Source: Atractiella rhizophila (Eukaryota). Taken from it: a stretch of 43,738 nucleotides of DNA. Position 1 is the first letter of the stretch, and each line of letters opens with the position of its first letter. The translations under genes and the position numbers were made by a program. The notes under the pieces are model-generated. The model saw only the letters and a program-made list of their open reading frames with translations. It did no database searches and was not told where the DNA came from. Positions 11,883-23,396 of this stretch are shown here, in pieces. The stretch spans positions 1-43,738 of the forward strand of contig MU271566.1 of the NCBI GenBank assembly GCA_021432655.1, written 5' to 3'.

Positions 11883-12371
11883 AATGTATGTTTTGCGTCT
11901 CCGTATCGGCGGCAAATTCCCGGTCGGCGACATGTGTAGATTGCGTCATAGTGGCATAAGCGTTGTGGTGAGTGGGGAGAACATTGGCACAGTAGGTGAT
12001 GCAGGACTCACACTCCCCTGTCTAGGGGAGGACCCTCAGGCGTTCCTCCCACTAGCTACCCAAGCTTATTATGGAGCTCGCAACCACATAGGCCTGGGCC
12101 ACGCGCTGGTGGACACAACGTGCAGTATAACGTGTCGGCGGTTTACATGCTCGTCGCCAGTCTGTCTTCTTTGTGGGGTAGTGTGTTGTCGAGCAAACAA
12201 AGATGGGAAACCAAAGGATAAAAAGTAAAAAATAGAACACCATAAATATCAAACCAAGACAAGGTGTGAGATGAAAGGGAGCATTGTGTACCTCGCAATT
12301 GAGGAATTTTCGGGTTTTGACCGGTGTTGTTTTGGTGCAATAAGCAACCATTTTGCGAAAATGGGGTGAGT

Positions 12372-12730
12372 GACTCACCAACAAACTGGTCGCCGATCTG
12401 TCCGTTGAGGAACAGACCGGCACCTCACTTAGACCTATGTTCAACAGTGTGACTAGGGATTCACCCAGTGAGGCATATAGAGGAGTAGGACCTCTTAAAG
12501 TGAGGGGGAGGGGACCTCACGATTGAGGGCAATTTTCATAAATGCGACATTGGTGATGGTGCGAGAACGCAATGAGCATTCGTCTACAACGGGCGACGAA
12601 TGGACTCACCAACGACCAAGTCGCCAACTTGCCCGTTGAGGAGCAAGTCGGCACCTTGCCTTGACCTAAGTATCAAAGACTAGGATTTCACCCGGCAAGG
12701 CATATAGGGGTGTTGGACCCCTTAAAGTGA
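12372..12730. repeat. Degenerate ~130-bp direct repeat in Gypsy 3' UTR (12372-12503 and 12603-12730)
   Basis: Both copies read GACTCACCAAC...CCGTTGAGGA...GACTAGG..TTCACCC..GGCATATAG...CTTAAAGTGA. Confidence 0.8.
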
Positions 12731-15700
12731 TGAAGACCCTTCAGCGCGTTTTCGTCGGAGGTTACGAAAGCGTGCATTTGGGTGATGTTTTGCGGAGTTC
12801 GGTGTGGACTCGGGACGAACGGCAAGAGGGTGTGCAGTGTGATAGTCTTTTATGGCATCCTGCGAATTTTCTAGATCTGCGATGTTGATCCATTCGTCTT
12901 CAGATGGGGAATACCCTTTGTATTGAACGCGATATTTGAAAACTCTATTTCGGGTACCGAACCATTTTCCATCGACAATTTTTTCCACTTCCCATTCTTC
13001 AATTCCATTCACCAATTCCGGAGGTGGGTTTGGGCAACTGGACTCTGCCTGGGATGTCGTCTTCGTTGACTTTTCGTATTAGGCTCGCATGGAACACTGG
13101 ATGTATCTTCCATGAGGATGGCAACTCGAGTTTCAGGATGAGGGGAACCAAAACTTGCAAAATGCGAAAAGGGCCATGCCATTTGTCGTCCAACTTTTTG
13201 ACAGGTCTCGTCGATTTGATGTTTTTCGCGCTCAACCAGACGAAATCGCCCACGTGATATTCGGGCGCTGGTGCACGTTTTCTGTCATAATGTTTTGCCA
13301 TGAGATCTGCTGCTTGCTCAAGTAACGCCTGTGCTTCCCGGTCGGCGATTTGCATCTTTTTGACGAATTGCGCCGCTGTGGGAACGTCCTCATCGGAGAT
13401 GGGTTCAAAGGCCATGCGGGGATGTTGACCGCAATCGAGCGAAAATGGAGTTACGCCTGTCGCCGAACTGACGCGATTGTTGAGTGCAAATTCTGCGTTG
13501 GGAAGTCCTTCCACCAAATTATCTTGAAGAAAAGGCGCAAATATTGTTCAACCTCTTGGTTCATACGTTCAGTCTGACCATCACTTTGCGGGTGATAGGC
13601 TGTCGATGGTGAACCTTTGATACCTAATAGGCGAAAAAGTGCGGATGTGAATTTGGACACAAACTCTTTGTCTTGATCGAAAATTGCGACATCGAAAAGT
13701 CCATTTAACTTCCATAGGTGATCGCGAAAAAGTCTTGCAAGGCCTTCTGCATCCATCGTCGAATGGGTGGGGATGAGATGGGTGCGTTTTGAGAGTCTGT
13801 CTACTATGACGAAAATCGTGTCAAACCCCCCAGATTCTGGGAGTGGTCCAACCAAGTCCATGCTGACAATTTGCCACCGACGAGTGGGAATGTCATTTGG
13901 TTGCAAAAACCCTACGGGAGGGGAAGGAAAGTTTTTTGTTCTGTGGCAAGTGTGACAGGCGCCGACATAGCGGCGAACGTAATGCGCCAAACCTGGCCAC
14001 CAGTAGTACCTTTTTACGAGAGCTGTCGTCGATTTTACGCCTGGATGACCGGCGATTTGTGAATCGTGCAGGTCTTGCAAAATGATCGGCGAATTTCGTC
14101 ATCTCGGGGAATGTACAGTTTTCCGCGAAAATAGACAGTACCCTCGACTTCTTGCCATTCTCGTCGGCGAATAGAGTCGACTGGTTCATCTAGGATCTCT
14201 CTCAAAGCTTTGACTACTTGTTCTTCCCGTCCAGGCACCTTTTTCACACGTTCCAGTATACTTAACTCCGACTTTTGTCTTGTGAGCGCAACTGTGCTAC
14301 CGTTAGCGTTGATGGTGATACGGTCCGTATTGAAAAATCTTTCCGGGAGTAACACTACGTCAAAGTTGTCACAAATCGCCAGTTTGTGATCTGGTCGCTG
14401 ACTGAGCGCTCTGGTTTTGTGGAGTTTCGTCCAGGACGGTGTAAAAGAGTGAAGTTAAAAGAAGCAAGTTCGGTGATCCAGTGCGCTTGTCGCCGATTCA
14501 ACTTTTGTGGCATTCTGAAATACTCGAGATTTTTGTGATCAGTCAAGATCAGAAATGGCTCTTCAGTGCCTTGAAGAAGGTGCCTCCATTCTTCTAGTCC
14601 CCGTATAATCGCGAGCATTTCTTTGTCATAGGTGTCATAGTTCCTCTGGGCGGCATCGAGCGATTTTGATACGAAACCGAGAGGATGAAACTTCCCATCT
14701 GGCTTCTTCAAAATTTTTATATTTAATTATTATATAATTTGTGACAAAACGGCGCCTGTCACGAAATTCGACGCATCGACTTCGAGTAGAAATCGCCCCA
14801 TTTGTTCGGGATGTGCCAAAACGGGCGCCGAAGTCATCAGATGTTTCGGAGCGGCGAACGAACGTTGTTGATCCACCCCCCCAGACCCAGGGAATCTCCA
14901 ATTTCGTCAGGTCGTATAAAGGTAGTGCAATGTGACTGAATCTGTCGCAAAAGCGGCGATAGAAATTAGCGAAACTGAGAAACATTTAGACATCCTTTTT
15001 GTTTTTTGGTTCTGGCCAATCCAGCACACCTGCAACTTTTACTGGATCTGGTTCGAACCCTCTGCTGGTAATTATCAATCCTAAATACTCCACTTCGCTC
15101 TGACACCAAACACATTTTTGCAAGCTAACATAAAGCCCATTTTCGCGCAAAATTTGACAAACTCGTCGAACACGTTCCCAGTGTTCTTCTTCTGTCTCCG
15201 TCGCAATCAGGATATCATTGATGTACATGAAGATGAACGCAGTGGCGATCATCGTGCGAAAAATAGAGTTCAGGAAAGCCTGAAAAGTCGCTGGTGAGTT
15301 GCAGAGTCCGAAATACATCACCAACGTTCGAAAAGGCCACGATTTGACGAAAAACCGCTTTGTGTTCGTCTCCTTCTTTGATACGAACATTGTTGAACCC
15401 TTTCCTCAGATCAATTTTGCTGAAAAACTTCTTAACAGAAACCATGGAAAAGAGGTCCGCCTGAATGGGGAGTGGGGTCTTATCTTTGACTGTGGCTTCG
15501 TTCAGCTTCCGATAATCAAAAACGGGACGAAGTTCGGATGAGTCTTTTTTGTGCGTGAAGAAAACGGAAGCGCCATGTTCCCTGTGCTAGGACGTATACG
15601 ACCGGCACTCAGTTCGGCGTCAATGAATTGATTGAGCGCCGCTTGTTCGTCTCTTTTCAAGGGGTAGACGGGACCAGCATATGGTTGAGCTTCTGGCTTG

Positions 15701-16371
15701 AGGTCGATGGCATGGTCCCAAGGTCGTCGAGGAGGAAGCGATGTTTTGAATTTTTCATCGTTGAAAATGTCTGCAAAATCGGTGATTTGCATCGGTATTT
15801 CGACAATGTTCTTTGGTCTCATTGCCGCTGCGTCTTTCGCCAGTTTCTGCGATTTCGTCATGGCGGCTCGTATCGAGGTGGACGATGACTGGAAGCATTC
15901 GCGAGTGGTAGACACGTCATCTGCATTGTAACTGGTAGGGCAACGAGAGAACTCAACTTTCCCTGAGTCCCAGTTTATCTCTGGGTTGTGGTGTCTGAGC
16001 CAGTCATGACCCAGAATCATGTCGACAGTCCCCAACTCCGCCACAGCGAATTGCCAAACTTCGTGGTGAGTGGCGATCGAAATGGGCAAGTAAGCAACAG
16101 AATGAACAGACCCCCTCTTGATTGAGAGATCCGTCAATGTTGTAAACGGATACTGGGGAAGGAAGTTGAGTGACAGGCAGGTTGTATGCGGAAACAAGTT
16201 TTGGGGAGATAAAGGAAGTGGTGGCCCCACTGTTAAAGAGCGCCGATGTGGCGTGTCGGCGATGGGAATGTGGATGATGGAATGTGGTTCTGAGCTTCGG
16301 CTTCGAACTGACAAGGGATGCTGTTGTCGAGCGTAAATGGACTTTGTCATACATTTTTGCAACTTCTGCAC
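12722..16371 (-). pseudogene. Gypsy pol (protease, RT, RNase H, integrase, chromodomain), frameshifted
   Basis: ALFNSGAT (PR, D>N); FSKIDLRKGF and YINDILI (RT, D>N); RNYDTYDKEMLAI and TDHKNL (RH); HDSQIAGHPG and AYHPQSDGQTER (INT); EEWEVEKIVD..YKGYSPSEDEW (chromodomain). Confidence 0.95.
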
Positions 16372-16559
16372 ATCTCTGTCTCCAGGAGGGAAAATGCAAT
16401 TTCGGGAATGGAGAGTCTTGCTCAGATGAGGGGAATACTGTGCTGAGCGGCGTTTTGTTGGAAGTGATTTTGGATGACGTAAATGAATTGCAAGTCGGCG
16501 ATGGGGACACTTCTTTCACCCACTGCCGTCCTAAAAATCCTCTTCTAGATCACCTGATT

Positions 16560-17837
16560 GGCTAATACTCATTTTCAGCGATTGGTCGGCGCTTTGCGCA
16601 AATTGTCGATCTTGGTGTTTCATTTTTGAATCGAAATATTCTCCTTGGGCTCAGAGATATTGCTCCTTGTTCATGGATGTCCTACACTCCCTTTCTCGGT
16701 GGCCCATCTTCTGGCATCGCCTGCAACGGGGAGGTCTCGATTTTGTCGCATCGACCTCCATGTCATCGGGGTCTTTGATTCTGTGAGCGTGCGTAGCGGC
16801 GTTTGGTGATGAATCGGTGATCGTTGACAAAGCGGCGCTCGGTCGATACGCTATGGGTGTTCTGCTCTGCCTGTGTTTTGTTGATTTTGAGCTGTCTTTT
16901 CTGGTAGAAAACGTATTCTGGGGGCCGTCCTTCGTCGATGGGATGTTTTGAAAGAAAGTTGAATGGGCAGTTTCTTCTGCATCAATTCGTCGAGCCTTTT
17001 CTTTCCATTCTTCCAGCGATTTTGGGAACTCCCCTTGGGTTACTTTGAGATGTAGTGTAGGATTGAGTCCTCGTTTGAAGAAGAAAGTGAGAGCTTCATC
17101 ATCAAAGTCAGCCTGATTTGCTAGTTCTTCAAATTTGATGATGTAGGTTTCTAGGTTCCCCTTTGTTGGAGAGAAGATATTTTTGTTTGTGCAATGAGTT
17201 TGTGGTCTGTCTTACAGAAACGCGATTTGAACTCCGACAAAATTGTTCCCACGAAATTTGTTCCTCGTTTTCGACAAGTCGGCGCAAAATCCCAGCGGCG
17301 AATTTTCCGCATATCCTTCTTTCATGTAAGAAAGGGTAAATAGGATTTTCGATTTTTTGGTCGGAAATTGGCCTGGAACAGTAGAAGTGTAGACGTAAAT
17401 TTCGCGTAAAAATGTCGGAGCTGTGTTGGGTACTCCTTTGAAGATTACAGGTGTGGCAAGTTTGATACCTGCATATGGTGCAACTTGGGGAGTTTGGGAT
17501 ATAGAGGGGGGAGAGAAAGCTTGAGGTGTTGGGTCCGTTCGCGATAAAAAGGGGAAGTGGTTCCACTATCTCTAGGAGGGGGTAGTCTGGAATCTAGCAA
17601 TTGTAAAATTCGGTCATTTGTGTTTTGGACGTCGGACCTCAGTTGCGCAATTTCGTGCGCATTTTGGGAGGTTTGCGCATTTTGTTGGTTGAAACTTGTT
17701 ATGAGGTCTTGTTCGATTTTTTTGGATTGCTTTTCAGTCATGAGATATAGAGTTTGGAACATCCTTTCTAAGTGTTGGATGCATTCCTCGCTCGTCGGCA
17801 GTTCGCGCGTTTCCATGTCTCCCCAAACCTCCGACAT
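16560..17837 (-). pseudogene. Gypsy gag, degenerate
   Basis: Minus-strand ORF fragments between the 5' LTR and the protease, with a coiled-coil-like N-terminus (MSEVWGDMETRELP...) and an FFKRGLNP motif. Confidence 0.75.
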
Positions 17838-17864
17838 TTTTAAGTTTCGTTTTTGAAAGGGAAG

Positions 17865-17874
17865 AGAGTATCCT
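17865..17874 (-). promoter_or_regulatory. Non-tRNA primer-binding site, probable self-priming (Tf1-type)
   Basis: No TGG after the 5' LTR. Minus-strand AGGATACTCT is complementary (one G:U pair) to AGAGTATTCT at 17951-17942 in the LTR, 34 nt after the start of TATATATA. Confidence 0.55.
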
Positions 17875-17876
17875 TC

Positions 17877-18317
17877 TGTTAGGGCTGACACTATGTGCGG
17901 TCGCCGACGGGCGATGCGTCTGTAGTGGAGGTAAACCTAAGAGAATACTCTGAGGTCACCACCACTACATCTCAATGTATATATACATATGTAAAGGCAC
18001 TGCCATAAACTGTAACATACGTTTCTTGAAACATGTAAGACAACTAGATCAGGAAAGTAATAAAGGGAATACTCGGAAGTAAAACATACTAAGCAGTACA
18101 AGTGAGAAAGTATAATAAGGCAATAACGGAGACGGTGCAGACCGGCGAAACGTATAAGGTTTGCTGAGCGGCGATTCGTGTGAGATAAGGGAAAACGGCG
18201 GTCAGTGCAAACGTGAGCAAAGCGGCGTTGGGTAGGTACGTGATTCTACGGCGTGGTAAAGTAGGTCACGTGACTTCAGGTGGTGCATTTCGGTAATGCG
18301 TAGGGGCAAGTCTGACA
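17877..18317 (-). repeat. Gypsy 5' LTR (type A)
   Basis: TGTTAGGG...TCTGACA, 441 bp, followed by the TSD. Confidence 0.97.
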
Positions 18318-18322
18318 ATTGG

Positions 18323-20801
18323 GGTCCACAAATCCTTGCGGCTGCTGTATACTTCCTCTTTCAGATCCCCATGAAGAAACGCATTGCTGATATCAAATTG
18401 TGCCAACGCCCATCGTCGTGATGCAGCAAGGGAAAGGACGGTGCGAACAGAGGACATACGAATGGTAGGAGCATACGTCTCCTTGAAATCCTGCCCTGGC
18501 ACCTGTCTTTCACCTCTAGCAACAAGCTTTGCTTTATACTTGACGATATTGCTATCTAAGTCCCTCTTTATCAGCAAAACCCACTTACATCCAATTGCAC
18601 GCTTTCCATGTGGTAAGTCAACCAATTCATCTTCCCAAGTCCCCATGGCACAAAGAGCCGCCATTTCCGCTTGGATTACAGTCCACCATTCATCCGCGTT
18701 TGGCCCTCCTCACTTGTTTAAATGTAGGTTCATCTAGATTCCCATTCCATCCTACTCCTGTTGCAAATACTTCCCATCCAGTTACAACAATCCTATTATC
18801 CATGAGAGCTAACTGGTTTGAAGCCCTTAGAGCTACATTCATTTCCTTCACAGAAACTGATGCATTGAAGTCTCGTAATCCTGGCTGGAAATGTGTGTTG
18901 AGGTGGAAAGCCAAAATGTGTCAGAATGAGAGAGGGGTTTCACTGTATGTGCTTGAGGGTGTTTCAGATCGGACCTATCCCTGTGAGCACTGTCAGATTG
19001 TGGGAGCCCACTGTTCAAAGCGTGATAATTGACCCTAGGAATATTCCGTCTGTCGACAAAGGCAGTGGGTAAGGATTAGGAGAATGATTGGGAACCCTCT
19101 TTTGGGGAGTACGAGTCCATGGGAGGGCGTCCTGACCTTCATTACTGGCGGAAAGCTTCTCCTGCTCGCTGTTATCGTCGCACCCATCCAGCTGCCCTGC
19201 AGGTAAGATGTGCATCCTTGTGAGAGAAGGCGATCTAGTGGGTGGTTCAGGGTTAAGTTGCACATTTGTCATCGTCATGGGAGGAGGTATTATCGCATCA
19301 GTGTCTGGTACCCGAACAGGCATATTGTCAGCAAGATAGTCAAAATCTGAAGGCATGAACTCGTTCAGTGACCAACTGGTCAACTGGTCAATTTTACTGT
19401 CTCCTGCTCCCCCCTGTCTCTGTAGAACTGATCTTCAAACCACTGCACCTCCTTAGATTCCACAACATGTGTCTGTCCCGGAATCCAGAATAACCATCCC
19501 TTCTTTTCTTCCAGGCATCCAACAAAGTAACCCAGGATTCCTCTTGCATGCAATTTCGAGACCTTTTTCTTCTTAGGGATATATATAACTGCAAGACATC
19601 CAAAAGTGTAGAGGTGTGACACATCTGGTACTTTTCCAGCCCAGGATGATTCTGGGCATTTCCATGATCCATGCAAGAACGTCAGAAGATGATTAAGAGT
19701 ATAGACCGTGAACTGCACTGCTTTCTCCCAAAAAGATAAAGGTAAACCTGATTAAAACAAAATTGTTCGTGCAACATCAAACAAAGTATACCACCATCTT
19801 TCAATAAATCCCATCTGATTATGAATATAAGGAATTGAGGTCTCATGAGATAGACCAATTGCCATGTATGCTCCTTCCATTGTGTGAGCTTTCGGAACGT
19901 ATCATCTCATCTTCTCTCTCATCCGATTTCACTAAGTGTTCCTCGATCATGGCAACTTGCTAGTTCTATGACGCGCAACACGCCTTGTCAACACCAGCAA
20001 CCACCACTCACTTCACGCGTCTCTTATTCCTTTATTTGTTCGTGCAACATCAAACAAAGTATACCACCATCTTTCAATAAATCCCATCTGATTATGAATA
20101 TAAGGAATTGAGGTCTCATGAGATAGACCATTTGACAAATGAAAGATTTGAATTGTACAGATTGAAATTCTCTGCCATTGTCGCTTTGGACAATCTTCAC
20201 CTTGACATCATAGCGTCGCTCAGTCTCCAAAATCCAGTTCTTCAGAACCATCGCAGCCTCAAATTTGGCTCGAAAGGGAATCCACCATAGTCTGGCTGTG
20301 GACTCCTTGATGATCCCGAGACCATACCACACACCAGAATGCATTGACGCAACTGGGGCAGGTCCCCACAAATCACAGTCTATCCGTTCACCTTTCGTGT
20401 ACGAAGGCGACTTAGTGACTATCCGACTTGGACATGCTTTCGATTTTCCAGCCACACATGATGTGCATGGATTCAACTTTGTCGAATTGTAATCAAAGCC
20501 CGTCACCCACTTTCCAGGACACAATTCCCTCCACCGTTGGCCCCATGTGGCCAAAACATGTGTGCCAGGTTTGAGCAGTTGTAGCTGCATAAGCAGAGAT
20601 GGGAATATGAGTTGTGTACTCCTTCACAGTAAGAAAGGGGGACTTTTGCCCATCCCAAAGTGCAGGCCATTCTCGCGTCGGAAGAGGAGACGATTTCGCG
20701 AGTGTTTGTCACTCGTTTCATCAAGTCGAGTTGTGAGATTAAAGTCACACCGAGACCCGGGACTTAAAGGCCAGTCCCAAAGTCCGCCTACCTGATGTTG
20801 C
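18323..20801 (-). pseudogene. Copia pol 5' part (protease end, GAG-pre-integrase, integrase, RT N-terminus)
   Basis: VPGLGVTLIS, CTSCVAGK, QSDNGREF and CKWVLLIK motifs; disrupted by an insertion at 19858-20035. Confidence 0.9.
19763..20130. repeat. 95-bp exact direct duplication of Copia integrase (19763-19857 = 20036-20130) bracketing a 178-bp foreign insert
   Basis: Direct sequence comparison. Confidence 0.95.
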
Positions 20802-21638
20802 TGTTAGGGCTGACACTATGTGCGGTCGCCGACAGGCGATGCGTCTGTAGTGGAGATAAACCTAAGAGCATGATATGACATGAAGACTAACCTGTAGTGG
20901 AGATAAACCTAAGAGAATACTCTAAGGTCACCTCCACTACTCTCCGATCTATATATACAAGCGGAATAGCACTGCCACAGAGTGTAGAGGAGAGGAGATG
21001 AAACATGTGAGAGAACTAAAAGGGGGAAGTGACAGTGGGATTATGCGGAGTTAATAAGAGGAGAATAGATACAAATGAGCTAAGTGATGACGCAGGCGCA
21101 AATGGGCGAACGGGCGCTGATTTGCACTGCGTGCAAATAGGCGATGCGAGATGCAGAGTGGCGACCGGGTGCCGATTCGCAGGGAACGCAAATGGGCGAT
21201 AGGAGACACAATCTGGCGAACAGGCGCCGATTTGCGTAAGATGCAAACCTGACAACACCCCCCAATTTCCGTGGTGCATGCTGCAGACAGAAACTTCTGT
21301 TTCGTGAGGTTTGCCGATTTTGCGAAAGTGTCTAAAGTACCAGCTCACAATTTGAGGAATTTTCAAAGTTGACCAGGTGTTGTTTTGGTGTAATAAGTGT
21401 CCATCCTGCGAAAATGGGCTGGACAACTCACCAACAAACCGGTTGCCGATCTGTCCGTTCAGGAACAGACCAGCGCCTCTCCTAGATCTATGTTCAACAA
21501 TGCGACTAGGGATTCGCCCGGCAAGGCGTGCAGAGGAGTAGGCTCTTTTAAAGTGAGGAGGAGGGGACCTCGTGATTGAGGGCAATTTTCATAAATGCGA
21601 AATTAGTGATGGTGCAAGAACGCAATGAGCATTCGTCT
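20802..21638 (-). mobile_element. Truncated sister Gypsy: type-B 3' LTR (20802-21254), PPT and 3' UTR block
   Basis: Same TGTTAGGGCTGACACTATG end as type A but a different U3. PPT at 21255-21263. 21337-21638 is homologous to 12287-12585. Confidence 0.88.
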
Positions 21639-21639
21639 G

Positions 21640-23396
21640 ATATTGAAGACCTCTATCATGATCTTGGAGATGAATATGAGGACAAGATTGGAGAGTTTGT
21701 TATGCAAGTACAGACTATAACAGTGAGCTTGTTTTACTGTTGAAACACAGGGTTTTGAAAGATGCTTTCACTCCCAGGCTCAGAGTATTGTTAGTACATT
21801 TAGAACGCATGAAATTTCTGCTATCAAAGCAGAGAACGAGTTGAATCATCTGTTTGCTGTCTACAACCAGTCAATCAAAAGTCACTACACCAAAGAAATC
21901 ACGGAGTACCAGACGGATCAGCTACGCATACGCTCTCTATCTTTCGAAGAGGACGACAGCAACTCGCAATCTCTCCTAGCAAAAGAAGTTCCCCAGATGC
22001 ACATGGAGCCCGAAAGACTCCAGAGGTGGCCACCGAAGGCTGCTCTCAATCTTGGTGGTGCCAAAAGACCATCGGTTCATGCCAGCACTACAGGAGCTAG
22101 AGGAGGCGAAGGGAATGAAGCGCCGCCCTTGTCTACAAAGAAACATGGAGGAATGCAATGGGATCGTGATGAGGAGGGGAATTCAGAACTAGAGGAGGAG
22201 GAGGAGGAGGAGGAGGAGATGTCGTTGAGAAAGCAGAAGAAGATTAACTCAACCAAAAAATAGCCAAACATGCGAACTCAGCGAGAAGAGTCTAATGAGG
22301 ATGCGCCTGCTCAGGTGCTGAAGAAGGGGGTGAAGAAGAAGGGTTTAGATTTTGATGGATTCTGGGCAGACGAAAGTGGGAGCGCTACGATGGAGTTTAT
22401 GGAAGGAAAGGTTTATCTGCCTGTAAGTTTTCTTTATTAATATTGGTCCTGCTAACGGCTTGAACAGGAACAGTACTACAATGAACAGATTCTAACATTC
22501 AATAAGGCAATGTTTCTAAAGACATTCATTTATGAAGTTGGAGGGGTTGATCAAACTCTCGGAATCTTGCAGCAGATCGGGAAGGGGCAAGGTCATGTTG
22601 CTCTGGGATTCCCAGAGAGGGGGTCTTTCTACGTATGTCCTACATTATTCAGCTTAAAGATTGCTCAGCTTTATATAGGACAATGTTCGCTCCCAGATTA
22701 GTTGTCGCAGAAATGAATAATGCCTGCCGACTCTACCTACTTTCTACAGGCTGGATTGTTAGTTCAACTGGTCAAGGTCACATCTGGACCGAAAAGAGAC
22801 GGTGATGCTGACGGTTCTAAGATAGGACTAACCTCATTGACAAGGCGAAGAAGAAAGATGGGCAGACTACCACTCTCAAATCCAAGAAGAGTTTGTTCAA
22901 ACTGATTCTGTCTAGCTGAAAATCACTTAAGACGGGTGACGATCGTCTTCCTCTATCTGGAAAGGAGCTCATCATGAAAACGTTTGGCCAAATTGCTGGA
23001 GAAGGAACTCAACTCGATCAACTGCGCTGGACGGATGGAAATGCAAAGAGTGGGAGTGTGGAATGGAATGGAAATTTATTAGCAGACAGGGCATTGATGG
23101 GTGTCAGGATTGAAGCCTGTATGGTTGCGATGGGAAGTATGGTATGTCTCTGTTACCTGGTTGAACCCTTATCTCATCCTGTCATAGGACATTGGCTACA
23201 TCTGACCATCAACCTTGTCCAAGCCTTTCTAATCGACAGCGATGTTGAGATCGAAAGAGCGGGTTTCCAGCTGCTGCCACCAGCTTTCCACAAGCAAAAG
23301 ACACCACGTTTCCGACAAGTCGAACATGACGATAAAGACTTTGATGACTTCCTCATTGGAATGATGGAAGAAGGAGAGGACGATAACGATGTATAG
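21640..23396 (+). pseudogene. Degenerate multi-exon gene of unknown function, 5'-truncated at the Gypsy fragment
   Basis: Coding-like exons separated by GT-AG introns (e.g. ~22423-22467). Acidic/basic tracts, in-frame stops, acidic C-terminus. Confidence 0.45.
22192..22218 (+). repeat. (GAG)9 microsatellite, poly-Glu
   Basis: Direct reading. Confidence 0.9.

Larger units (their letters stand above)
9605..18317 (-). mobile_element. Full-length Ty3/Gypsy chromovirus LTR retrotransposon (8.7 kb), 5-bp TSD ATTGG
   Basis: Two 441-bp LTRs. ATTGG at 9600-9604 and 18318-18322. Removing the element restores the Copia RT frame GFVDPNAPSKVFRL. Order gag-PR-RT-RH-INT-chromodomain. Confidence 0.97.
7967..20801 (-). 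mobile_element. Degenerate Ty1/Copia retrotransposon, 5'-truncated, interrupted by Gypsy at 9605-18317
   Basis: Integrase (DCDLWGPAPV, VKIVQSDNGREF, TFGCLA), then RT (AIGCKWV, KYKAKLVARG, QFDISNAFLHGDL), then RNase H (AISSTEAEY, IKGDNQG): the INT-RT-RH order of Copia. Many stops and frameshifts. Confidence 0.93.
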
